64,000 bases of DNA, from assembly GCF_035594765.1 (NCBI RefSeq), contig NC_085844.1, forward strand, positions 64,991,923-65,055,922. Reading direction: 5' to 3'. Origin of the DNA: Anolis carolinensis. Taxonomy: Eukaryota. Below the pieces are notes generated by a model. The model was not told the DNA's origin. It searched no databases and saw only the letters and a list, made by a program, of their open reading frames with translations. Below are positions 49,979-61,200 of this stretch, in pieces. The position numbers and the translations under genes are program-made. Numbering within the stretch: the first letter of the stretch is position 1; each line of letters starts with the position of its first letter.

Positions 49979-51779
49979 TATTATACTTTTTTACTGTGTC
50001 ACCTACATAGAAATATGGATGGAAAATATAGTAAAATAATTGAAAAAATGTCAAAACCCAAATATTGAGAAATGCTGAGAAAAATTCTGAATTGCCAGGA
50101 ATCTTCACAATTTGGAACTAAATTCAAGCAAAATTTCCATATGGTTATTTTGTGCAAAAAACTGCATTTTCTGCATGAATTTTTTTCAACATAGGAATAT
50201 TAACTCTTGTGCATTAAATGCTATTTTCTGTACACAGATGCTGTAACTGGAGATTTATTTTACTCTGCAGTAAATGCTGTTTCCAGCACAAAAATAATCC
50301 AGCTTTCTGCACAAAACAATCACTTGTGAATGTTGCATAGAATGTTGCAAATTGCAAATAGCCTTCAAAAACGATTTGATTCTTGAAAACCTTCATATAG
50401 TAGGAAGAAAATTGCTGAAATTACTCACTGCTATCTTCAAAAAGAAACTGTGAAGAGTTACATCCATTGAGAAAACTCTCTAAAGCTGACCTTAGCGAAC
50501 AGCAGGGATATATGAGAGTAATGCTTTTTCATGTTGATGAACATGTGTGCCATTTTTAGTGTTTGCATTTTTCTTTCTAACCTTAGTAGCCTTTTATTCT
50601 TTTGTCTCATGGCAGATTTCTCTGGGTTTGTCAGATGTAATACTGCTGGAAATATAAGCTGAAATAATGTCAGCCAGATCCACAAATTAGGCCCTTATTG
50701 CAAGAGAATCCACTATATTTCTGATAGTGTTTGCTTGGTACTTGAATGCAGCCAGAAGCTCAGTAAAATAAATCTGCCTCCCAAATCCCTTATCATTAAG
50801 TCTGGAAGACGAGACAATGAAATCAGAAGCACATGCAGTGTTTATAAGGATATTATAGTAGACAGATTTGACAATTTGTCTCTGGACCAAACAAACGTAT
50901 TGACAATCATTTGGCATCCTGAATAACAGCATGCAACACTGTCAAGGAAACAGGAAAGAAGAGTTGTGCATCTCTGTCACCACACTCCTCTACAAGCCAA
51001 TGATGGCAGAATGGCAAAGCATTTTGAAAATTCATATTGCACTATAATCTCAATTGGATCATTACATTTGATTTATGGTGCCTTGCATTTAATAAGTATG
51101 CAGATATTTGCATCAAGGGGCAGTGCAATATTGTACGGGGCAAACTATCCCTGTATAATGAACACTATGAATCGGTATTTACAAGCAATTTAATTTCCGA
51201 GGTCAAGAATCACAAAGACGTTATGTTCCTTATTAATTCATTAGAGGTGCAGGGCCATTTTATTGGAATATAAAAGATAACCCTAACTTTGATTTAAACA
51301 AGCTGGTAAATCCAGGACTTAAATGATTCTGCTATAAACAAGGAGCTTTTTAAAGAGAAGAGTCTATTGTGCATAGCAGTTCTATTTCTAACAACATAAA
51401 TGTTAATGTGATAATAAAGCTGCTGCTAATACATTGCTGTTAAGACAGTCACTTCATATAAACAATGCTGGGGTTTCCATATTTACTTTGATCACATTGT
51501 GGATGTTGAGATGAAGTGTTGATTTTGGGTGCTACCTTTGCTTTCTATAAAAACAATGTTACTTTACATCTAGGTTGAGATACTTCCTTCCATATAACAG
51601 CAGCCTTCAGTGACATCCTAGCTTTTGAGTGTTCCCACACTCCTAAAAAGTTGAAACACATCCCCAAATGGTCAGATTCTTCCAATAAGCCAAAACAGAG
51701 TGTCTTTTTGGTTTCTTTGTTTTGTCTTTGGTCCTACTCACCACTGGAATAGTTTTTCTGATAATTTATTTCAGTCCTT

Positions 51780-53160
51780 GGGTGGACAATGATTACCCAC
51801 CATATGCTAAATCAGCACACAACCATCAAGCAACCCACCAATGGCCTGAGTAATAACAGATTCTCTTTTAACATTATACATTCCATGTTGGAATTTTCTT
51901 TTCTTCCAGGAATTTTTTTTTGAAGAGTTCTCAATCTTTCATGAATTTTAAATATTGAAGGGTCTTTTATCTGATGACATTTTGTCAAAATGTCCATGTC
52001 CATTTCCACGATTTCAGCTACTTTTACTATCTATTCTTCCATCAATGGTGGGGGTTTTTTGTTTCCATGTTCGCGCGTACACAATCCTTGCTGCAGTTGT
52101 CATCAGAGCGAAAAGTCTTTCATATGTCTTCAAAAGTGATCTATCTGTTACAGCTAGTAAGAAGACCTCTGGATGCATGGCTATTTTTAGTTTTAATACC
52201 TTTTCTATAGTTTTATGTTTCTCAATGTAATCTTCCAGGACCACCACAAATGTTGCTTGTTTACATTTCCAACAGATATTTTTCAATAGTGGCTGCATTT
52301 TGGCTATTTTTACAGGTGTCATGTAACATTGATAGAACATTTTGTAAAAGTTTTTCAACTGTGAGTAATTTTTTAATATTTTTATTTTTTTACTTTCAAG
52401 AGGCATTCCCACTCATCTAGACTAATCGTATGGTTAACATTTTTGGCCCGTTTTAGTATACATTCTTTGATATATTCATTTTAGCAGCAGGGTGTAGATT
52501 TTAGATAGTTGTTTATTTCTTACTTGTAGTATTCTGTCGAAACCGGTCTTCTCTTCCTCAAATCTTATGTGTGTGTCCTTTTGATATTGATGGTGCATTT
52601 GTGTAAATTCAAATCAGTTCAGGTTGTAGTTTTGTTGGTTTATGTCTGTCCTTGTTTTAGTTGGAAATTGCCTCTTGTCTTCTTGAGTAAATCCACATAA
52701 GTTAACCATCTTCTGTTACCCTTGAGATTTCCACTTTGCTTAAAGGCTTCCTGAGTCAAAGTCCATTGTAGTATTTTTGTATAAATTTTTATTTTGTTTG
52801 TTCCAGGTTCTCGTCAGAATTTTCCTAACTGGGTGTTTATTAAAATTGGGATCTTAGGCCACTTTTCCATAAACTAAGTAGGCATGCAAGCCAATTTTAA
52901 AATTTGTTTCTTCAAGAACAATGAGGCTTTGGTTATCGAGACTGATCCATTCTTTTAACCAATTCAGTATAGCTGCTTCTTGGTATAATTTTAAGTTTGG
53001 AAGGGAAAATCCTCCTCTTTGTTTAGGATCTTATAATTTTTTTGTCTTTATTCTAGGTTTTCCCCCTCTCCAAACAAATTTTGTGAGTTCAACATTCTGG
53101 GTTTTTTGTTGATTTTATCCATAATAAGCTTCAATGGTTTACAACCCACATGACTGTTAT
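51780..53160 (-). mobile_element. L1-clade LINE ORF2 3' fragment (degenerate)
   Basis: Minus strand: FVWRG..., YYQEAA, KMFYQCYMTP.K, CWKCK (Cys-rich domain), PEVFLL and TAARIVYARTWK. Confidence 0.85.
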
Positions 53161-53999
53161 TTTATTAAGATTATTGTCTTGGCCCTATTTTAATGGTGAG
53201 TTGAACGAACACATTATATCATTAAAACCATAGATTAGGAGTTTCTTCACTGTTTTGTCTCCACACTATCTTAACTACTTGGAAGGTGAACTGGCTGTGC
53301 AGGAATAGATAGGAGACTATATAGTTGAAACAAACATTAATTTATTAACTGACAGGAATTTTAGACTTCCTCTCTTCCTGAGTCTCACTATGAAGTCTTT
53401 ATGAGGAGATATAAAGTCTTTGAGAGATAGACACCGTTCTGGCCAACTAAGGTTCTTGAATTTTTATTTCTTCTTATTGTCTCTTTCTTGTATGGTGTTC
53501 AACTATCTCTAAGATTGTCTCAATATTTAACTCCGTTTAGGCTTGAATACAGCTCCAACTAGATTTGAACTCTGACTGGATGTGCTATTTGTAGACCTTC
53601 CGACCTTCCTTTCGCTTCACCTTCCAGTCACGAAAAGCCTGACTCTTCCAAGGACCAGAAGTGCCTTGCCTGAGGCTCCACCACTGAGGGAATTCTTAAA
53701 GGGGCAGGGTGATGGAGGCTTCAAATGCAAAGAGGCTGTCTAGACTGACATCCCCCCCCCCCCAGAAACTGTTCATAAAATATTAATCCTTCTAAAATAG
53801 GCTTAACTAGGAGTAAACACTGAGAGTCTTCATGGGGCATGACATTCACATTACACAATTTTAAAATAATGATTCTACTTTAACTTGCTGGACCTTATAG
53901 AATCCAGAGACTTCTGGCCTAGTGAGAGCTCTCTGGTTGAGAGCCATTAAAGCACAAACATGAACAATTTAATGGAGGAAAAATGGAAAACTGCTGAAA

Positions 54000-54340
54000 A
54001 AAACAATGTAGCTGCACAATAAAACTGAGGAAGAAGTTTAAAGAAAAAGGGAGTAAGTTAAAAGATTGGAAGGAAGGTCGAATTACCAAGAAAAACTACA
54101 AGCTTGCAGGAATAGTGTAAAGAAAGCTTACTATTGAGTTCTAAATGAGCTGAGACTGGTTAGGCAAGCAAAAAGCCAAAAGAGTGTGTAGCGGGGGGGG
54201 GGGGGGGTCAGATACATTTGAAGTAAGAGAAATGATAAAGCCACTGTTCAGTGATGATAATAAAATGCTAACAGATCACAAGAAAAATGCAAAACTGCTC
54301 AATACCTGTTTTGGTTGAAATTTTTTTCTCAAAATTATAA
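54000..54340 (+). mobile_element. CR1 ORF2 tether-region remnant
   Basis: Pieces such as KDWKEGRITKKNYK, CRNSVKKA, NELRL and KMLTD.K.NAKLLNT.F. Confidence 0.6.
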
Positions 54341-54454
54341 CTGGAACTATCAATATGGCCTTCAATTCCTAGGGCCAGCAACTGAAAAAGAAAACTGTTT
54401 TTCAAAATAGGCTTCAATGTTAGTATTTTTAGAGTGGAGATATAAAGTAAGGTA

Positions 54455-54789
54455 AAAGGTAAAGGTAAAGCTTTCCCCTGACGTTAAGTCCAGTAATGTC
54501 TGACTCTGAGGGTTGGTGCTTATCTCCATTTCTAAGCCGAAGAGCCAGCATTGTCCGAAGACACCTCCAAGGTCATGTGGCCGGCATGACTGCATGGAGT
54601 GCCCTTACCTTCCCGCCTGAGCGGTACCTATTGATCTACTCACACTGGCATGTTTTCTAACTGCTAGGTTGGCAGAAGCTGGAGCTAACAGCGGGCGCTC
54701 ACTCCGCTCCTGGGATTTGAACCTGGGACCTTTCGGTCTGCAAGTTCAGTAGCTCAGTGCTTTAACACACTTCTCCACCGGGGCTCCAC
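54455..54789 (-). mobile_element. Sauria SINE, full length
   Basis: Family body and (ACCTTT)n tail, with a 15-bp TSD ATATAAAGTAAGGTA at 54440-54454 and 54790-54804. Confidence 0.95.
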
Positions 54790-55432
54790 ATATAAAGTAA
54801 GGTATTAGGATCAAAATATATTTAAATGCTTAATAGAGGCTAATCATACTAATATCTTTCTATGTTTGATGAACAGTTCATTTGGGGTTTATCTGGCACA
54901 CTGTCTTTCCAGACATTTTTCACATGTATATACTTCACATTCAGAATTGCCTGAGTTTTTCAGTTAAGGAAGCTTGCCAATGAAAACTCATGCACTTAAT
55001 AAAGTGGATGGCAGAGAGATGGTTTATGTCTTTTCTTTCACACTAATAGAAACTCTAGCATTGGCAGAACCTTTTAAAAAAACTATTTAAACATTTAACA
55101 GATGGTAATAGATCCAAGAAAGTAACAAGCAATTACTGTTTCTCAAGATGTAGCGATAAGAAACCTTGATAATTAGATTATTGGCAGGATAGGTGGCAGT
55201 TTGTCAGTTGGAGTAAATTGTTAGGTTAATGTGGATGGATGTAGGTAAAAACAACTAGATCTAAGCAGTGTTACAATAAACAACTGATTCTCTTACATTT
55301 CAAACAAGCTCTTGTTTCATTAGCATGTTTACAAAACCATAAAAAGTTGCTAACATATAGCCAAGTATATAGATGTGATCAATAAAAGGAAATCTATAAT
55401 ACAGTGGAACTGGAATCTTACCTCCTTAAGTA

Positions 55433-55797
55433 CAGCGTGTTTCAAAATGATGGGCTCAATTTAAAAGCAATATATTTCACACTGGCAAAATGCTACAATT
55501 ACACAAAATTTGACAAATAGTTTAATGCATTATCAAGTTTTAGAAACCATTTTGAGACAAAAACAAATCTAAAAAATAAATCTGCAAATGGAAAATATGT
55601 CATTGCATCTTATGTTGTGGGGTCACCATCTTCCACATGACTGAGGTTAGGGGTTGTTTGGTTGCTGGGAGAAGCATCTACTGGTAATACTTTGAAACTC
55701 CTAAACCTTTCAAGGGGGAAAAGTTACATTCATGGGCAGCTCAGGGTTGCAGAGATACCACATTTTCAAATTGGGTCCAAACTTTTGAAACACCTTG
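55433..55797. mobile_element. Tc1/Mariner non-autonomous element
   Basis: TA then CAGCGTGTTTCAAAA...GGCTCAATTT at the left, and AAATTGGGTCC...TTTTGAAACACCTTG at the right (imperfect TIRs). Confidence 0.75.
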
Positions 55798-55994
55798 TGT
55801 ATAGCAAGCAAATGATAGCATATTCAGATATTCAATTGTTATGGTTGCTATAGCCAACAGGCACTAATGGCTTTTCAAAGATACACCAGGCTATACTCTC
55901 ATGGTATGCCAAAGATTTATTTGGGTATATGTTGACTGCTGTTGAGTCAAGGCCTCGTGCTTTTGTCATATATTACACCAAATAACATGATTTA

Positions 55995-56225
55995 TGTTCC
56001 CGGGTGGAAAGGGTTTACTAAAACTTTGTTTTTGTGGTCCGCACAAAGGTTAACTCTCTTCTACTGTTCTCACAAGATACATCTCTAGCCACTACGCACG
56101 ATAGGTCCCAACACGGCTCTCCTGCTCTAGAGAGCTGACTAGGCCCGTTAAAAGGCAGTTTCATCTTGCCTAACCCTACTGAGGGGGCAGGTGGTCCCCA
56201 GGGGGGAAAGATTGAGGTCATGTGG
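55995..56225 (+). mobile_element. 5' part of the young L2 element split by the Gypsy insertion
   Basis: The frame is open from 56139 (..EGAGGPQGGKIEVMW) and continues without a break into GRRRSGH... after the 3' LTR once one TSD is removed. The left boundary is approximate. Confidence 0.75.
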
Positions 56226-56621
56226 TGTGATGACCCATGGGCCTTGTAGTCCTGCTCAGGACATTGTAATTCCTGATGAAGATGAAAACTTGGGTTTTTT
56301 ACCTTCCCAGTCTGAACTGGATTCCTCTCTGCCAGATCTTTCCCAGGCAGATCTGGGAACCTTGCACCTGCAAGAAAGTTGTCTCCCAGAAGTATGTCAA
56401 ACAAGCCCAGAGCCTACTTCTCCCGTATTCTTGCGCCGGGAGTTTTGTAAACAACAGAGAAGTTTGGATTCAGCTTCGCGCAGGAGTGCGCGGATTGCAG
56501 CTAAGAATGTGGCCAATTAAGACTGCTTCTCGTGAGAATCTTTGGGGAGTCTCACATCTGGTCTCAGAGTTAGCTTTCGGTTCTGATTCCCAGAGAACTG
56601 CTTCGGCGGGAAGCTAGACTC

Positions 56622-56662
56622 TATTTAGGTGTTTTACCCGCGTAGTAACTTCGCGGAGTCAA
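56622..56662 (+). promoter_or_regulatory. LTR promoter: TATA-like box and predicted TSS/self-primer sequence
   Basis: TATTTA at 56622 lies 31 nt upstream of GCGGAGTCAA (56653-56662), which is complementary to the PBS. Confidence 0.7.
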
Positions 56663-57126
56663 TTCGTCAGCCTACGGAGCGAGTTGTGTCTGGACAGCGC
56701 GCTCCGGTTCAAGCCTCGCTCCTGCTCAAGCCTTGCCTTGCTATCCAGCCTTCGCCTTGCTTCCCAGCCTTTGTTTATCTACGGACTTTGCCTTGTTTCC
56801 CAGGATCAATCCTTGCCTTGTTCCACGGATTTATCAAGTTATTCCACGGACCTTGTTCTTGTTCTTAGTTACCTTGTTCCACGTTCAAGCCTTGTTTCAA
56901 GTATCAAGTTATTTCCTAGCCTCGCTCAAGTTTCATGGACTAAAGGACCTTGTCATCTCCCCTCACTTTGCTTGGCAAAGTGAGTGTTTCGGTTATTGGA
57001 TTACAACTTTGGACCTTAATATTTCTTATTGGACATTGCTTTTTTGGACTAATTCTGACCTTTCCTGGAAGGTCTAATTCTGGACTATTTTCTACACTTG
57101 TTTTTATTAACTTTATATATTCCTAC

Positions 57127-57132
57127 AATAAA
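57127..57132 (+). terminator. LTR polyadenylation signal (3' LTR copy at 62577-62582)
   Basis: AATAAA followed by a GU-rich tract (TCTGTGTATGGTTATTGGTG) near the LTR end. Confidence 0.75.
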
Positions 57133-57197
57133 GATATTAGATAGATTCTGGCCTCTGTGTATGGTTATTGGTGCTCTGCAGCCTGGGTCGTGACAGT

Positions 57198-57207
57198 TTG
57201 ACTCCGC
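57198..57207 (+). promoter_or_regulatory. Self-priming primer-binding site
   Basis: TTGACTCCGC starts 2 nt after the LTR. It lacks the TGG expected for tRNA priming and is the exact reverse complement of 56653-56662. Confidence 0.8.
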
Positions 57208-57237
57208 CACCCTAAGCACCAATTAACCTCGGCCAGA

Positions 57238-58230
57238 ATGTCTACCGGAACCGTACCTGGGCCGAGCGGCCAGCCGATTACCTACACCATCGACAAGGAA
57301 GAGGTGGACCGAATCCGTGATAAGCTCAATGCACAGGATGGAGAAATAAGGGGTTTGAAGGAACGCGGAGTTCGTCTTCCGGCCATGGCGTTGCCAACCA
57401 AGTTTACTGGAGAAGCTTCTAAGGTTCATGTCTTCCGTCGCCAATGTCAAGCTTATCTGGAGGCCCGTGCTGCCGAGTTTCCCCAAGAAGACATCAAAGT
57501 GGCATGGGTTTACAGTCTTCTAGACGGGCCAGCGGCCAGCTGGGCGACGGCACTGTTCGACCAAGCCTCTCCACACCTAAGATCAGCGCAACACTTCTTG
57601 GACCACCTCAAGGAGACTTGGGGAATCGAGGACAATTTGGAGGCAGCCGGTCACAAACTCCGTCGCCTTTTCCAAGGAGACAGACCTATGTCTCAGTATA
57701 TAGCCGAGTTCCGAGTGCTGGCCCACAACACCGGCTGGAACGATGTAGCCCTCAGGGGACAATTCCGGGAGGGTCTCAACATTGAAATGCTGGAAGAAAT
57801 CTCCAAGGTGGATCCTCCCCAGACCCTCGAGGCACTCATTGATCAATGTTTACGGGCTGAAGTCATGATTGCCAACAGGAAACAGTGGGTTCGAGGCCAG
57901 GGCAGTAGAGCCGGGGCAAAACCCCCCGCTCCCGCCAGCGTTCAGCCACGTCCGGTGTGGAGACCCCCACCGCCAACCCCATACCCCAGAGGAGGCGAGG
58001 AGGTGCCGATGCAGTTGGGCAATGTGCGTCCCAGACTAGATGCCGCCGAGAAGGCCCGTCGTCAACGCTTAAACCTCTGCTGGTACTGCGGGAACGGGGG
58101 CCACTTCGCCAGAGAGTGTCCAGCCAAAGGGAAGCCTGCCGCCCGTCTTGCGGCGGCGTCCTCCACGGAGACGAAGGCGTCTGAGCCGACTGGCACACAG
58201 CCGGCGGGGGAAGCCAACGACCGGGTGTAG
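57238..58230 (+). CDS. gag: Gag (capsid-like domain plus CCHC zinc knuckle), 330 aa
   Basis: LPTKFTG...LLDGPAASW...LFQGDRPMSQYIAEFR...QFREGL and PMQLG...RRQRLNLCWYCGNGGHFARECP, a sushi/PEG10-type Gag. Confidence 0.97.
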   Translation: MSTGTVPGPSGQPITYTIDKEEVDRIRDKLNAQDGEIRGLKERGVRLPAMALPTKFTGEASKVHVFRRQCQAYLEARAAEFPQEDIKVAWVYSLLDGPAASWATALFDQASPHLRSAQHFLDHLKETWGIEDNLEAAGHKLRRLFQGDRPMSQYIAEFRVLAHNTGWNDVALRGQFREGLNIEMLEEISKVDPPQTLEALIDQCLRAEVMIANRKQWVRGQGSRAGAKPPAPASVQPRPVWRPPPPTPYPRGGEEVPMQLGNVRPRLDAAEKARRQRLNLCWYCGNGGHFARECPAKGKPAARLAAASSTETKASEPTGTQPAGEANDRV

Positions 58231-61200
58231 AGGGGCTCGCCAACCCGGTCAAAAAATCCATCCAAGAGCCGCCAACCGGGGTCCTGTTCCTTCTCGTGGT
58301 CACATTATGGTCAGCAAAAAGGGGACCCGTCATGATCCACGCCATGATAGACTCTGGAGCTACCAACAATTTCATCGATAGAGAGTATGCCGACTCTCTG
58401 GGATTACAATATCATGATTTCAAGAATGCCCGTGTGGTGCAAGCCATAGACGGCCGCCCCCTCAAGACGGGCCCCGTAAGTCAGTGGTCGGAACCCACCA
58501 GGATGTGGATAAGGGAACATATGGAAGAGATTTCCTTCTTTGTTACCGAGGTCCCCCATTTCCCTGTGATTTTGGGAATTCCATGGCTGACTCTCCACGA
58601 CCCTAACATCTCCTGGTCCAACAGAGAACTGCAGTTTGCTTCACCGTACTGCCAAAACCATTGCCTCGTAGCCAAGGTATGCCATGCCACAGACACCGAG
58701 CCCATCATCACCTTGCCAAAGAAGTACTCCGAGTATTGGGATGTATTCAACGAGAAAGAAGCCGAAAAATTACCCCCACATAGACCTTATGACTGTGCCA
58801 TTGACTTGGTGGAGGGGGCCCCGATCCCGCGAGGGCATCTCTACTCCCTGACTGAACCAGAGCAAGAAGCTCTCAGGGAATTCCTAGAGACAAACCTTCG
58901 CAAGGGATTCATCAGACCCTCTCAATCCCCAGCCGCCTCCCCAGTGATGTTTGTGAAGAAGAAGTCAGGGGAACTACGCTTGGTGGTGGACTACAGAGCA
59001 TTGAACAATATCACCAAGCGGAACAGCTATCCCCTGCCTTTAATCTCGGATCTACTGGATCGGCTTCGAGGAGCCAAGGTTTACACCAAGCTGGATCTTC
59101 GGGGGGCTTACAACTTAGTTCGCATCAGGGAAGGGGACGAGTGGAAGACCGCCTTCCAGACCAAATTCGGATTATTTGAGTCCCGAGTTATGAATTTCGG
59201 TTTATGCGGAGCCCCCGCAACGTTCCAGCATTTTGTCAATGACATTTTTCAGGACTATCTAGACAGGTTCTTGATAATCTACCTGGACGATTTTTTGGTG
59301 TTTTCCAGATCACAATCAGAACATGAGAACCACGTCAAAATGGTGTTACAACGATTGCGGGATCATGGACTTTATGCCAAGCTGGAAAAATGCGCTTTTG
59401 ATCTACAAGAGGTAGATTTCCTTGGTTACCGCATCTCGCCTCTAGGGCTTTCCATGGATCCAGCCAAAGTTTCAGCAGTATTGGAATGGCGGGCGCCAAC
59501 TAACAAGAAAGAGGTGCAGCGTTTCTTGGGGTTCGCGAACTACTACCGCAAGTTCATTCCAGATTTTGCCCGCTGGTCCGACCCCATCACTAGCTGCATC
59601 CGTGGAAAGCAGCCTTTCCGCTGGACTGATCAAGCAGAGAAAGGGTTCCAGCAACTAAAGAAACTATTCACCTCCCAGCCAATTCTACAGCACCCAAATC
59701 CTGGAACCCCTTTTGTGGTGCAAGCGGACGCCTCTGATGTGGCAATTGGGGCTGTACTCTTACAACCGGTGGGAGATCACCTCCACCCCTGTGCCTTTTA
59801 TTCTCGTCAACTAACCACACCAGAGAGGAATTACACCATTTGGGAAAAAGAACTACTGGCCATAAAGGCAGCCTTTGAAACTTGGAGACATTGGCTAGAA
59901 GGGGCCAAATTTCCCATTGAAGTCCACACTGATCATCGTAATCTAGAACATCTAAGAACTGCCCGCAAACTAAATCAGAGGCAGCAACGTTGGGCTTTAT
60001 TCTTTGAACGTTTCAACTTCCAGATCCATTATGTGACCCCAGCCCAAACCAAGCAAGCAGACGCCCTGTCACGTAAACCGGAATACGCTGCAGGACGCAA
60101 GGAGACCTTTGAATCCCAACTGCTACAACCTGAGAACTTTGCCACGCTCACGGTGGGGAACACCAAATCCATTCCCATTGGTTCAACTTCCCCTACTCCA
60201 GGACCCATCTGTGCTCAAGAAATCAGGGCTAGTCAGCAAGCAGATGCCTGGGCGCAGGACCAACTTCGCCAAGGTCTGCATTTCCCCTTTTCGCTTAAAG
60301 ATGGGCTGCTCTGCTATAGAAATCATGTCTATATCCCACCCGGACCGGGCAGGGAAAAAGCGCTTCGTCTGTGTCATGACTGCAAACCAGCAGGACACTT
60401 CGGACTATTTAAAACTATGCATTTGATCCTAAGGGATTTTTGGTGGCCCAAGATCCGCAAGGATGTGGAAAAATATGTCAACACCTGCCCAGTATGCCAG
60501 CGCTCCAAGATACGAAGGGAGAAGCCCTCAGGGCTTTTACACCCCCTTCCTACCCCATCTCGCCCATGGGAAATAATTTCCGCGGATTTCATCACTGACC
60601 TACCACCTTCCTGTGGATTCACCACGATCTTAGTGGTGGTGGACCTATTCACCAAGTTAGCCCATTTCATTCCCTGCGAAGGCCTCCCCACGGCCAAGGA
60701 AACTGCGGATCTATTTCTTCAACATGTCTTCAGACTACATGGATTGCCCAAGAGTTTAGTCACAGACCGTGGATCTCAATTCACCTCTCGTTTTTGGAAG
60801 GCACTACAAAAACTATTGGGCATAGACTCTCGCTTATCTTCAGCTCATCATCCCCAAACAGATGGGCAAACGGAGCGCACCAATGCCACTTTGGAGCAGT
60901 ATCTTCGCTGTTATGTAAACTATCAACAGGACAATTGGGCTTCTCTGTTACCACTGTCTGAGTTTGCCTACAACAATGGAGTTCAAGCTTCTACAAAAGA
61001 AACGCCGTTCTTTGCAAACTACGGCTTCCATCCACGTTTCTTTCCCCCTGTCATTGAAACTTCAGAGGTTCCCGCAGCAGAGGATTGGCTGCAGGAACTC
61101 ACAGCGGTGCAACAACTTTTGCTCCAGCAACTGGACCAAGCCAAGGGGGACTATAAACGCCACGCTGACAAACATCGCCAGCCGGGCCCCGAAATCAAGG

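Larger units (their letters stand above)
56226..57195 (+). repeat. 5' LTR
   Basis: TGTGATGACCCA...TGGGTCGTGACA (10/12 inverted termini). It is a direct repeat of 61676-62645, and the ORF-track peptides are identical at offset 5450. Confidence 0.98.

Noticed and set aside
53290-53750. Possible solo LTR ending in CTGACA
   Set aside because: The left terminus and TSD could not be defined, so support is insufficient.
56629-57144. Short ORFs within the LTRs (duplicated at 62079-62594) as env-like or accessory genes
   Set aside because: They are low-complexity translations of the pyrimidine repeats with mostly non-ATG starts and no recognisable env features.
57196-57215. Conventional tRNA primer-binding site
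   Set aside because: There is no TGG complementary to tRNA CCA, and a perfect intramolecular complement exists instead.
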